Origin: the human T2T-CHM13v2.0 reference genome, Homo sapiens | Strand: one strand, 5' to 3' | Length of the DNA stretch: 64,000 nucleotides | NCBI RefSeq assembly: GCF_009914755.1 | Contig: NC_060937.1 | In this document: one piece after another, positions 1 to 11,765 of the stretch | Layout of the letters: every line of letters begins with the position of its first letter | Numbering within the stretch: the stretch's first letter is position 1 | Notes under the pieces: model-generated | Seen by the model: the letters and a program-made list of their open reading frames with translations, nothing else | Database searches by the model: none | Told to the model about the DNA's origin: nothing | Made by a program: the position numbers and the translations under genes

Positions 1-240
1 TGGGTAATTTATAAAGGCAAGAGGCTTAATTGACTCACAGTTCAGCATGGCTGGGGCGGCCTCAGGAAACTTACAATCATGGCCTAAGGGGAAGCAAACA
101 CTCAAACTCACTATCAAGAGAACAGCATGGGGGAAACAACCCCCATGATTCAATTCTCTCTACCTGGTCCTGCCCTTGACATGTGGGGATTATTACAATT
201 CGAGGTGATATTTGAGTGGGGACACAGCCAAACCATATCA
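1..240 (-). mobile_element. MaLR LTR, THE1C/THE1D-like; cut by the window edge and internally deleted
   Basis: Reverse complement starts tgatatggtttggctgtgtcccca, the THE1/MST LTR start. It contains gactcacagttcagcatggctgggg and cccccatgattcaatt. The central segment between gaagcaaacac and aactcactatc is missing. Confidence 0.85.
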
Positions 241-539
241 GCAAGTTTGTCACTAGATTATGAAATAAAATATTTCAAGTAGTGACTATAATGCACACAA
301 ATGTACACATATGGAATTTGGAAAAATGAAGTGATCACCATCTAAATATTGAGTATCTGTTTTATTCAGAGATATCATATAATTGAGTTATACAAATATA
401 ATTCCAGATTATCATTTTTTGTGAAAATAGGTAAGAAAAATCAAGAAAGACTTATATTAACAGTTATGAACAGTTTATCCATGGATTAAAATATCACACA
501 ATAAATGTTAAAGGAATGGTCCTTTTCCACATTAGTTTT

Positions 540-636
540 TTATTTATTTATTTATTTATTTATTATTATTATTATACTTGAAGTTTTAGGGTACATGTGC
601 ACAATGTGCAGGTTAGTTACATATGTATACATGTCA
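540..636 (-). mobile_element. Extremely 5'-truncated young L1 (L1PA2/L1PA3-like 3' end plus A-rich tail)
   Basis: ttattatacttgaagttttagggtacatgtgcacaatgtgcaggttagttacatatgtatacatgt matches the antisense L1PA 3' terminus. It is flanked by a perfect 14 bp TSD, tccacattagtttt (526-539 and 637-650). Confidence 0.92.
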
Positions 637-956
637 TCCACATTAGTTTTAAATTCAAAAACTATTTTACAACTTATTTGAATAATTAATATTAAAAACA
701 GCATTGCCTTGGGATGATTTGTCAGGAGATGCTGAAAGTATAAAGTCTCAGTGTTTCAGAGCCACAAGATTAGAAATCAAATGACATCATTTCTTTTCTT
801 CCTTTGAGTGCATATATGCCTGTGTTTCTATTACATGCAAGATGGCTGAGTAAAATGGAAAGGTCACTTGCTTATTTTCAAGTCAGAAAGACCATATTAG
901 AATTCCAATTCTAACACACAGTAGCAATGTGACATTGGGAAATTTATTCAACCTTT

Positions 957-1085
957 TTGGGTTTTATAGTTACCTCATCTGACATCTGGGTGTAATAACC
1001 TTGCCTGTATGGGGTTGTCATGAGAACTGATGAGATAACAGAGGTGGTAGTGTGAGTAGAGCCTGGCAGAGAGACACTTTCTAAA
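957..1085 (+). mobile_element. MIR fragment
   Basis: Degenerate MIR core and 3' end: agttacctcatctg...ggggttgtcatgagaactgatgagataa...gcctggcaga. Confidence 0.6.
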
Positions 1086-1374
1086 GTCAAAGAATTAGTC
1101 CCTGGGCTGATGGGGTAACAAAGATAGATACTTAAGCTGACCTCAAGGAATGTAATGTCATTGGAGACAATGGAGAGCAATGATATCTGCCCTCCTCATC
1201 CAGTATGTTTCATTAAAATAATGATTAAATGAATAAAGTATATGGCAGAGATTGAAAATATAAGGTGGTGTGATAAAATACAAGAATATTATTTCACAAT
1301 AAAAGAAGAGGTTCAGAGAGCTAAGTTGAACTGTTCCCTAAATAGATGCTATTAATGATTTCACTAATGACACC

Positions 1375-2012
1375 TGTTAGAAAGGGTCTCTGAGGCACCA
1401 CCTTAAATGTCTTAAACATGCTTTCCAGTCACCCCCTTGGCTTCATCTTTAGGTTCTGTTTTCTTGACAATGTCCTGGATTTATTCTCTGCCCAAAAGCC
1501 ATTTTTTAATCTCAGCAGACTTTGCCATCTGGACAGACTAGGAATAAAGAAGAGTTTTATTTTCAAACCCAGCAAATCCCAGGTCTTTTGTAGTTAACAG
1601 TTCTTTCTCTAGTTTGTCTCACCCTCTCTCATTTGTCATGTGGAGGTAGAGAAAGTCACGTGGTCCTGTGGTTCACTACCTGTTTCAAAATCTCTTCACT
1701 ACATTATCAACTTAATTAGAACCCTTGTTGATTTCCTATGTTACTTCAGGCAACAACGTTGTGAAACTTATTGCTAGTATAAAGCAAGGGTCTCCTTTCT
1801 GCCAGCTTTTACTATCATTTTAATTTTTCATATTTTTTGTTAAGCCCTACTCAGAAGCCTCCTCCAGGCCCATTATGTCTCTGCTAACTCTCTCCAAGGT
1901 TCTCTTGTGAACATCGTTTAGTGTCTTCCTCGATTGTGTCCACTGCGTCAGCCCAGAGCTAATGTCAGTGTTTGGGTTGTTATAGGAGCACCTTCCTCCA
2001 GGTACAGAACTC
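1375..2012 (-). mobile_element. MLT1G/H-type internal region, 5' part
   Basis: Read on minus, it follows the LTR with gagttctgtacctggaggaaggtgctcctataacaa, similar to the MLT1-int start. It extends to gaaagggtctctgaggcaccaccttaaat (plus-strand text), also typical of MLT1-int. Confidence 0.7.
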
Positions 2013-2532
2013 TGTTCCAATTCCCTTTAAAACTAAGTGGCATCAAACATCAATGATTTTTTTTCTCATTAAACTGTTATTTGGGCCAGACTTAGAGGAG
2101 GTATCCCATGTGGCGTCGAGAGGGGCAACTGGAAGGCCTGGGATGGCTCGATCCTAGGTACTGAAATAATCAGTGTTTCTCATTCATGCCTGATGACTGC
2201 TGTTGGCTAGAACCCCAGATGGGGCTATCAGCCAGAACACCTACGTAGGATCTCTTTATGTTGCTATTTGTTTTTTCTCACAGCATGGTGATGGGATCCA
2301 AAATTGAGTGTCCTGTAAGAATATCAGGAGTGCATGGCCTTTTATGGCCTCACCTTGGGTCTTGCTTTGCATCACTTTCACCATACTTGCTCACGTGGAG
2401 CAGCCCCTAAGTCCCACGCAGGTGCAAAGGGATGGGACATATCCCCTCAGTGAGAGCAGGTCAACCTCACATACACAGAGGGAAATGTAGGGTGCATTAT
2501 GATGACTAACTTAGAAAATACAACCTGCCACT
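2013..2532 (-). mobile_element. MLT1G-like LTR (5' LTR of the element)
   Basis: Right end aaaatacaacctgccac is the reverse complement of the MLT1G start tgtggcagattgtatttt. Left end is tgttcc. Internal motifs include gctgttggctag, cagaacacctac and ctcacagcatgg. Confidence 0.75.
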
Positions 2533-2689
2533 GTTGCCAGGGTACTCCTTTACCTGCAATAAGAAATGATGAACCCGAAGACAGCACGAGGATTTCTAAG
2601 GAAGAACTCTCTCCCACAAATATAAAAACACACTCTCCCTTATAGAGGGCTTTAATTTATCTTTTAAAAGAAGGAGATCCATAAAGTTA

Positions 2690-3490
2690 TCACCAAGGAA
2701 CAAGCAGTATGTATCCCACAGGATTTCAGAATGGCCATGGGCTAGTGGTTTCTGTGAGCCTCCTAGTCTCTTCCTTTTAGAAGAGGAGTTTTGAAAGTCT
2801 ATATCCCATGCTTGTGTCACCATTGTATATTGTGTGCGATGGGGCTGGAGAAGGAGAGACAAAACACTTCTCTCTTTAATTCACAGTTCTTCAGTCTGAA
2901 AGCAAATACTCAGGGAATGCAACCAAGTAGAATCATCTGTACCTGGAGACGATTTAGGTAATAGACTTCAAACAGCTATCATGGAATAGACTAAATTGTG
3001 TCCTTCCAGAATTCATATGATAAATGTCTAACCCCTAGTGCCTAAGAATATGACTATATTTGGAGACAGGGCCTTTAAGTTGGTAATTAAATTACTATGA
3101 AGTTATTAGGCTGAACCTGAACCCAACATGGCAATAGGACTGGCGTCCTTACAAGAAGAGGAAATTTGGAAACAATTACAGAGGGAAGACTGTGAAAACA
3201 CAGGGAGGAGATGGCCATCTTCACAGGGAGGAGAGGGCCATCTACAGAGGGAGAATCCTGGGAGACAGGGATCAAAAGAAACCAGGCATTCTGACACTTC
3301 CATCTCAAAATTCCGACTCCAAATTTGTGAGAAAATACATTTTTATTGTTTAAATCACCCAGTCTGAAATATCTGTTATGGCACCCCTTGCAAACTAACA
3401 TATAAAGGCCTGAGACTTAGATTTTGAGGGAGAGGTTGAATGCATTTTACATGGAAGAGGGGAATGGATTGTTGTGGCCAGGTGGCAGAC
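2690..3490 (+). mobile_element. MLT1G/H-type internal region, 3' part (interrupted by MLT1B)
   Basis: caaggaac...ggatttcagaatggccatggg...caccattgtatattg...ctctttaattcacag, ending in gtggccaggtggcagac directly before the LTR, as in MLT1-int 3' ends. Confidence 0.72.
2982..3402 (+). mobile_element. MLT1B LTR nested in MLT1-int
   Basis: aattgtgtccttccagaattcatatg...tatttggagacagggcctttaag...cacccagtctg...gttatggcaccccttgcaaactaacata. Confidence 0.85.
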
Positions 3491-4363
3491 TGTGGCAAAC
3501 TGTATTTTTCAAAGAGGGCCTCTGCAAGATATTTTGTTCCCTGGGCTCATGTTAAATGACATTCCTCCCATGAGGTGGTTTCCATGACAGACCCTCCCTT
3601 TGAAAGGTAGAACTTTGTGAATAGAGTAGAAAGGATGTTATGTGACCTTCAAGGCCGGTGATATGGTTTGGCTATGTCTGCACCCAAATCCCATCTTGAA
3701 TTGTGTCTCCCAGAACTCCCACGTGTTGTGGGAGGGACCCAGGGGGAGCTAATTGAATCACGGAGGCCGGTCTTCCCTGTGCCATTCTCATGAGAGTGAA
3801 TAAGTCTCATGAGATCTGATGGGTTTATCAGTGGTTTCCACTTTTGCTTCCTCCTCATTTTTCTCTTGTCGCCACCATGTAAGAAGTGCCTTTCATCACC
3901 TGCCGTGATTCTAAGGCCTCCCCAGCCATGTGGAACTGTAAGTCCAATTAAACTTCTTTTTCTTCTTAGTTTCAGGTATGTTTTTTGGTTATGGCTACAG
4001 GAAAGCCATGGTTGACCATTTTGTCTCCTTGGGATACTCCCTTGGGAACCCGGTAGACATGCTGCTAGAAAGCCAACTAGCCACAATGCAAGAACATGTG
4101 CAAAGGTTCTAGCAGATGGCCTCAGGCAAAGTAGCAGCTGACAGCCAACCTTCACTGCCAACCCAAGTGATGTCTGCAATAATTCTAGTCCCACCTGTCA
4201 AATAACCCCTACTTTTGGGCTGGCCCAGCAGATGCATGCGGAGAAGAGCTGAGATATCTACTGGAGCCTTGATCGTACTGCAGCATCAGGGACAAGATAA
4301 TCATAATTGCTTTCACACTGAGTTTTGTGGTGACTTATTATGCAGCAATACATAACTAGAACA
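3491..4363 (+). mobile_element. MLT1G-like LTR (3' LTR), interrupted by THE1A
   Basis: Starts tgtggcaaactgtatttttcaaagagggcc and ends ttatgcagcaatacataactagaaca. Confidence 0.78.
3659..3985 (+). mobile_element. THE1A LTR, 3' end truncated
   Basis: tgatatggtttggctatg start. THE1A-type gggtttatcagtggtttccacttttgcttcctcctcatttt and ggaactgtaagtccaattaaac. Confidence 0.88.
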
Positions 4364-5108
4364 GAGAACTGCAGCCCATATAAATAAATTGTTTGTAATG
4401 TAGAGGTTTCCCTTGCATCCTCCTATTGACCTGAAATTCCTTAATTTCTCCTGATAATTTTAGTTGGTGTGTTCTTATTAAGTCAACTATTGTTTTATAA
4501 CCTCAAGTAGCAGGATTGCAAATTTCAAACCAAAAGCAATTAAGCTAAGTAAAAACCAAAATGAAAAAGTTGGCAGAGGAGGAGGAGGTGACCTATGAGT
4601 TCATTGGTTCATTCCACTTAATCTAGAGAATTCATTTTACCTAGACAGACACTAAAAAAGACACACAGGTGCACACACACTTAGGCATAAATTGTCAGTT
4701 TTTAGCCCAGGTCTGTCCTATTCCCATTATTACATATAATTGGATTAGAAATGTCATTTTAAAATTATTAAGCTATAGGTAAGGCCTTTCTTTGCTACAT
4801 ATATATATAATCTTGACTTCTTTAAAATCTAGCCTAGAAAACATTTTTGTTTCTTTTTCTCTTTTTCCTGGTCCCTTCTTTAGCTCCCAAGAATTTCAGA
4901 AAATTGTTGCATTTTAGATTATTTTGCCAGCTGCATACTTTTCTGTCTAATTTGCAGATGTCACTTACTTGATAACACTTCACACAGCTGTCTAACCCAA
5001 GCTTAAATGATTTTCTGATTTCTGAAGAAGTGGCTACACAAATAATGGCTTCAGACCAAGGTCTTTGGCAGGATAATTTTATCACCAGGCCTGGCACAGA
5101 GAAAAGTG

Positions 5109-5133
5109 AAAAAAAAAAAAAAAAAAAAAAAAA
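5109..5133 (+). repeat. Poly(A)25 tract
   Basis: Uninterrupted A run read directly. Confidence 0.95.
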
Positions 5134-7139
5134 GGAGAGGGGTTAATTTTTATTAAGAGTTTGAATTTTTGTTTTATCAAATGTTGAAGAATACAATTCA
5201 AAACTTGCTTATAGCATGCCACACAAATATCTTAGTGTCTTTTTTTATCTACATCTTCCTTTGGAGTTTATCATACTTAGAGGTAAGTTTTTTATTTATT
5301 TTTTTTAGTGTTTCTTATTTTCTCCAGTAGAGTATCACCATGATTCTGGCAACACTTTACACTCCCTTTTGTTACAACCAAAATACATCTAGCCCTTCAA
5401 GCAGCTATTAATGGTTATCACCTCGAAGAAGATATCAGGAACCTGAAGCTGTCACTGTGACGTGGCGGGGCTCACTGACATTACCCCTTTTAACATACCT
5501 CAGGCTCTTTTCTGAATACATACTGTATGTGAAGTTACTGAAACGAAGACAAAAAAGTGCTAAACAATTCAAAAAGTCAATGATAACAACACAAACCACT
5601 TGATAAGAGTCAAAGAAGCTAAAGAAACATCAATTACAGTTGGAGGAAACAGTTTTTTTGTGATTAAGCAAATGAATAAACACACAAGAAGTAAAACCTT
5701 TCTTTATTAAATACCTGACAAACTATGTGAGTCAATAAATGTTTTTGTAGAAATAAAATACCTTAGGATTAAGGAAAAAAATAAGAAAAAAATATTCATA
5801 AAATTCTGGGAGCAGAAAAGACGGTGGCTATTTCAAAATCCATGATCAGTTTTCCAGCTTGTGCTGTTTTGCCATCATTTGACTCCAAAAACGCAAGATG
5901 AATTTTGCTAAACAATGCAAGATGATTCCAGGTTAGATAAGAGTTAAAAATACACTATTATAAGAAATCAGTAGTTAATTCCTAACTTTTTAAATTATGT
6001 TTTGCAAACTCACAGCATCTCAATAACATCTTTAATTCCCTTTTATTTTTACCAGATTTTGTAAGTTGTACTAACACATGTGCTGCAAAGTACCTTTAAA
6101 ACTAAAAGGAATAATGGCAAAGAACACTAACTTCTTATAGCACAGGCCTTTTTATTAAGTTTTTAAATATAACTAAGTATAACTAAAAAAAGAATTCAAC
6201 AGAACTTTGCAAATGAACTTGGAAAAAATTATTTTTTAAGTGAGTAGGCTGAATCTCAAAGTGCATTTTGAATTCAGTCTATTGCATTCTCAATAATATT
6301 TTAAATATGGGGCAATTATAGTTCTCTCCAAAAATTTCTGACTTTATGCAAAGCGAATATTAAGCAAAATTGCAGATAGCTCTCAAAATTGGATAGCACT
6401 TTATCCTCCCCTCTAGACCAAAACCAAGATGAGTTGAACTTACCAATCAGGGTACTCTATGAATATGAGAATATTTAATCAAAATAAAAGCAAAAGGGAA
6501 ACAATATGTCTTTTCAAGGACTAGAAGCTATGCAAATGGCTTTCAACTGCCCCTTTATCACAGAAATACAAAGAATGGGAAGAGACCAAGGAGAGAAGTT
6601 TGCAGTGGAGTATTATTCCAATTCAAGAATGATGTTTCCAACTCTTTTATGTTCATCTGTGTATGAAAGTATAACTGCTGCATAACAGGCAGTTTTCTTT
6701 CACAAAGGTACAATAAAAACTGTTCAGGGCTTGGTGAAGATAATCTTTCTTTGTTGGTATTCTCTGAAACTGCAAGCATCTCGAGTGTAGAAGACACCCA
6801 CACCTAAACTCATTTGATTTCTTTTTTTAACCACTTTGTACTTTATGAATAAGTACAATATATAATTTCAGTCTATATTACATGCTGTAAACAGAAGAAG
6901 ATGCACATAATCCTGTCAGAACACTTCTTGATAATCTTTTTTCCAGGACAATATTTATTGTATATGATATTCACTTCTTCAAAATTATTGACAATCTACT
7001 ATGTTCTGGTTCTGGGAAAAATAAACACCATACATTGTGTTTGCATTGTGAACTTGGAGAGTGAATCTCTATTCTTTGTTGTTGGCAATGTGCTTCATTG
7101 TTTGTTACAGTAAAAAGTTATTTTATTGATTGATTTTAT

Positions 7140-7275
7140 TTTTTCTCCAGTTGTATGTAAGCTCCCTGAGGGCAGGGAGCTTTGTCTTACTCACAGTTGT
7201 ATCCTGGCAATTAGAGCAATACCTGACAGAGGGAAGTGTTCATAAATATTTGTGGAATTATTGTAAGAATGAATC
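7140..7275 (+). mobile_element. L2 3' end
   Basis: tgtaagctccctgagggcaggg...cctgacagag...ataaatatttgtgg...gaatgaat. Confidence 0.75.
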
Positions 7276-9061
7276 ATTGAATAGATAGATGTGCTACACT
7301 TATAATTTATAATAAAGTATAATGCAATGCCTCAAAATGTCAGGCTTTAAATGTCTTAGAAAAGTTATGTTAAGAATACTACCAACTGGCAAAGGAATTT
7401 ATGTTTTATAATATGTCATGTTTAAGAAAAAACTGTAGAATACAAATTTTCCTAAAGCATACTTTGGTTGATGAAATACTGTGATTGGAGGGATTTGGTA
7501 GAAAAATACATACTAAAGCATCTAAATCTTCAGTCTGTAACAATCAAAGCTTCAAGAGGATTCTGTAAATTTGTCTATGCCTGGGATAATAATAGATAAG
7601 GTTATTAATCAAGTATTAGAATGTGAGTGATAATAATAAAGGTGTTAAGGTTATGATTTAAATGACCCACTATTAAGGTTACAGAAAAGCTAATTTTCAC
7701 GATGGGTAATAAATTGTTATCCAGAGATATTTTACAAGATGAAACTACAAGATGAAACTAAGAGTTATGTTCCAGTACAGTTTAGATCAATTCACATTTC
7801 AGAGCCACTCTTGAAAACTGTGCAACCTCAAGTGTTTTAACCTGAAGAAATGCTCCTTCAGAATGTTCCTTGAACCACTGGATTGATTGAATTAATATTT
7901 CCCCCTGCTTTGCCATCCATTCAATATGTTAAAACTTTTGTGCCAGAGGTATTAGACATACTCATTTTCTCAAAACTATGCTATTTCTCATTAATTTATT
8001 TTCTTCATATGTATATTCATTAGGAGAGGCACTCCAGGAGAGGAGAAATTATTCTTTAAATATACACAGAATTTCAGGGAATACATTAGAAAAAAACGCT
8101 TTATTTTGGTCTTAAAGGAAAAGAAGTTAAGCTTTAACTTCAGTTAATTGAAGGAAGAATAAAATAAGATTAATTGCATATGGATTTTCTAGGAATGTGA
8201 AAGGATTGATTGATGATAGAATTGACATTGAAAACATCAGCAAATCTGGTTTGCTACTTGGCACTAGATGAACAGAACTCTCAGTGAGAGATCAGAGCAG
8301 TATCCAGGGAATGGGACCTCAGAATGGATACTGACGCAAGTCATTTCCAGAATTATTTAGTAAAAGACAGGATTAAAGGCATCAACTTTCAGGTTTTCAT
8401 TTAACCTAAAGATCTATGTTTTTCAAGATCTGGTAATATTGTAGTGAAACCCAACCAAGTAACTAACTGCGATGGAAAGGTTCGGCCACTGCCAACTGGC
8501 CATGAAGAGGGCCCATGTGCAGGCAAGGAGATAGCTTTTTTCTTTTCATTGTATGAAATCGTACACCTCAGGTCATCTGAATGACATTTTTTATGACTGC
8601 TGAATATAGAAATGAGGTAATACAGGAGCTTCCCCTGGAGAGCTGAGTTATGGATTATTCTATCCGAGAAATAGGCAGGCCTTTACTTAAAAGCATTGCT
8701 CCAGCTTAATGTCAACAAGACTTCATTACTTCTCCTGCTGGTACTAGAAAAATACTGCTACTGCTGAGGGTTTATACAAGTTTTTGTTATAGACCCAATT
8801 TCCTGGGGTCGATTTGTCTTAGCAGACATTTTAAGTTACAAATGGTATCTACTCTCAATGTACCTAAGTTGTCAGATCAACTAAAATGGTGTTTTACAAA
8901 ATAGTGCATCATTATTTTTTTAAGTCCATTAAAATAACAATAAAGATTTCACTGAACAGTCCTGGAGCAGGGGCAGTTATGTTCTTCTTAAGTACTAGCT
9001 TTTATTTATCAAGTGAGAAGTGTTCTGATATGTGCCCAGCGTGCTAGTCAAAAAAGAGTTG

Positions 9062-9370
9062 GGCTGAACACAGGTAGCTTGAGCCTGTAATCCCAGCAAC
9101 TTGGGAGGCTGAAGTAGGAGAATGGCTTGAACCCAGGTGTTCAAGACCAGTGTGAGCCTTATAGATAGATTCCAGTCTCTAAGAGAAAAAAAAAAATGAA
9201 AGAAAAATTAACTGGGCATGATGGCATGAGCCGGTAGTCCCAGCTGTTACTGGAGAGGCTGAGATGGGAGGATCATTGACCCCGGCGTTTGAGGCTGCTG
9301 GGAGTATGATCATGCCACTGCACTCAGCCACGGCAACAGAGCAAGACCCTGTCTCTAAAAAAAGAAGAAG
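9062..9370 (+). mobile_element. AluJ (Jo/Jr-like), dimeric
   Basis: gcctgtaatcccagc left arm, A-rich linker, then a right arm with J-type gaggctgc...tatgatcatgccactgcac...agcaagaccctgtctc. Confidence 0.9.
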
Positions 9371-9823
9371 AACATTTTTTTTAAGGTAGGATTATTTATA
9401 GAAAGTTACTAAAAAATTTAGTATCATGATAATTTGTTACATTTAGAGAAGGAATTCTTATGACTCAATTTTGACAATTCATGACATTCAATCAGTAACA
9501 TTTATTAAAAAAACTAGTATTTTGAGCAAGGAAAAAAATTTCACCAATTTTTTAAAACTGATTCCTTAAGAATTACCGTAACTCTTGCAGTAACGGCATT
9601 TGTTTCTAAAAGCAGAAAATCTTTATTTTAGTTAATATAAGTAAAGCAACCACAACAGTAAACTTTGCTTTTAAAATATATTTAATAAAGATTTTCAACA
9701 TAAGTATCCTTTAGGGTAGAAAACTAAAATCTAGTACAGAAGATATAATTAGGGAATTGATTTTAACAGAGGATCCAAATAAAACTTGGGAATAGAAATA
9801 AACAATATTTCCCTTGTTTGAAC

Positions 9824-9935
9824 TGATACCCCAATTATTACAGATTGTTTTCCTGTATGAAAACATTACATGTGCTCCATAAATATATACAACTATTATG
9901 TACCCATAATAATTAAAAATAAAATAAATTTAAAA
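9824..9935 (+). mobile_element. L1MA (L1MA2/3-like) 3' end fragment
   Basis: cctgtatgaaaacattacatgtgctccataaatatatacaactattatgtacccataataattaaaaataaa. Confidence 0.75.
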
Positions 9936-11224
9936 ATCATGCACTTCATTGACATGGAGAACACTTAAAATGCCAGGGGCCATTTCAGGGAAATTGGAAT
10001 TTAGCCATTGGTAAGTTCAGACACGACTATCACATGCATAGCCCTCTGGCAATATTTATTAGCTTAATGAAATTAGACACTTGAGTGTTAGTGAGAAACT
10101 TCCTAGTCAAATTATATTATTGTTATGTAAATATATTCTTAATTGGATCCATCTTTTAATAATGAGGTCATTATAATAAAATATCAATATGAGTCAATGA
10201 TAATTAACCATCTGTATTAAAGTAGAATGGATTGACTTTCATTAGACATCACTTTTTTCACAGGATGTAGTGGGCTAGGAACAGAGGTGACTCTGCCATA
10301 ATTCTCCAATATTCCTCCCTAACATTGCCCTACCCTTCCTAATGTAGGTTTTATTTCTTCCAGCAATGTTTGCTAGGGTAAGCGTGCAAAATAGGAGCAG
10401 CTCTTCATACTTCTGTACAGAAAAGACCAACACACTTCTGAACATTGATGCAGCTCATGAAGAAAAATATATTAAAGTTAGTTCTATAGATGAGGAACTG
10501 GCAATTTTCCGTGAGACTCAGAAAAATTCCTAAATTCTAAAAGCTAAAAAAAATATGGAGACAAGATGCAAGGAAGTCTAATCGCAGATTCTTTCTTCCT
10601 CTGCTATTCATATTGAATTCTGTACAAGCCATACCAAGGGAATACACACCGTGAATATTAATGGTTATCTTAATAAAAGGTCTAACATTAGTGGTAGCAG
10701 CTCTAATAATAGCTGTCTTCTTCAGACCCTAACATACGCCCTGCCTTGCTTAGCTCAATTCCAATAATCACAGCAGCTGTACAAGATGGCCTGAAAATCT
10801 TGCAATTTACAGAAGAGGGTAACTGGGACTCACAGACACAAGACCAAACTGTCAAGTTCACAATGTTCCGAGTTGCCTTTCTCGGCCTTTGGAATCTAAA
10901 GCTCGTGTTTCTACCACCACAGCATAACTTTTGAAGAAATGAATTCATGTTGTTGTCAATTAAACTGTTTCCATAGTATTTTTTCTTGTTTATTTCCATC
11001 TTTTTAATGGCTAATTGTTGAATGCTATCTAGGTAAGCAGTCAAATAATTCAATACAATTTCTTTATTAATACCCACAACTCCATAGGGCCAATTTAGCT
11101 AATTTAGTTTTGGGAACACACAAACCAGATTAAATATTTACAATTCAACTAGCATCTTGGTTATTGATTAATAAGTACTACATCACAGACTGCTTATCAA
11201 ATCACAAGTAGAATAATCTGCATG

Positions 11225-11356
11225 ACTGACATTTGGGACCAGGTAATTTTTTGTTGTTGTTGTGGGAGCTGTCTTGTGTATTGTAGGATGTTTAGCAGGA
11301 TCCCTGTCTTCAACCTACCAGATGGTAGGAGCACCCAGTATCACCCCAGCTGAGAA
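11225..11356. mobile_element. MER20 (hAT-Charlie) fragment
   Basis: tgacatttgggaccaggtaattt...tgtgggagctgtcttgtgtattgtaggatgtttagcaggatccctg...accagatg. Confidence 0.8.
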
Positions 11357-11409
11357 CATCGGTACTACATATTATAGTCCTGTGACAGGAATATTAGAAT
11401 TTATAATAG

Positions 11410-11765
11410 TGTCTTAATTCAGGCTGCTATAATAAAATACCATAGACTGCGTGGCTTCTAAACAACACAAATTTCTTCCTCACAGTTCTGCAGGCTGAAA
11501 GTTCATGATTACGCACTGGCAGATTCAGTGTCTGGTGAGGACTGGCTTCCTGATTCACAGACGGTTTCTTTCTGCTGTGGGTCTTTACATGGTGAAGAAG
11601 TAAGGATGCTCTCTGGGGCCTCTTTTTATAAGGGCACTAATTCCATTAATGAGGGCTCCATCCTCATGAGTGATCATCTCCCAATGGCCTCACCTGCAAA
11701 CATTATTACATTGGAGATTAGGTTTCAATACATGAATTTTGGGGGAACGTGTACACTCATTCTAG
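11410..11765 (-). mobile_element. MLT1A/MLT1A0 LTR
   Basis: caggctgctataataaaataccatagactg...ctcacagttctg...tataagggcactaattccatt...aggtttcaatacatgaattttggggg. Confidence 0.88.

Noticed and set aside
3649-4194. 181 aa minus-strand ORF, the longest in the track
   Set aside because: It is an antisense read-through of THE1A and MLT1G LTR sequence. The GLTVPHGWGGLRI peptide recurs in the other THE1 ORF at 47326-47592.
5109-5133. Orphan poly(A)25 as a possible retrocopy tail
   Set aside because: I found no upstream poly(A) signal, recognisable retroelement body or TSD.
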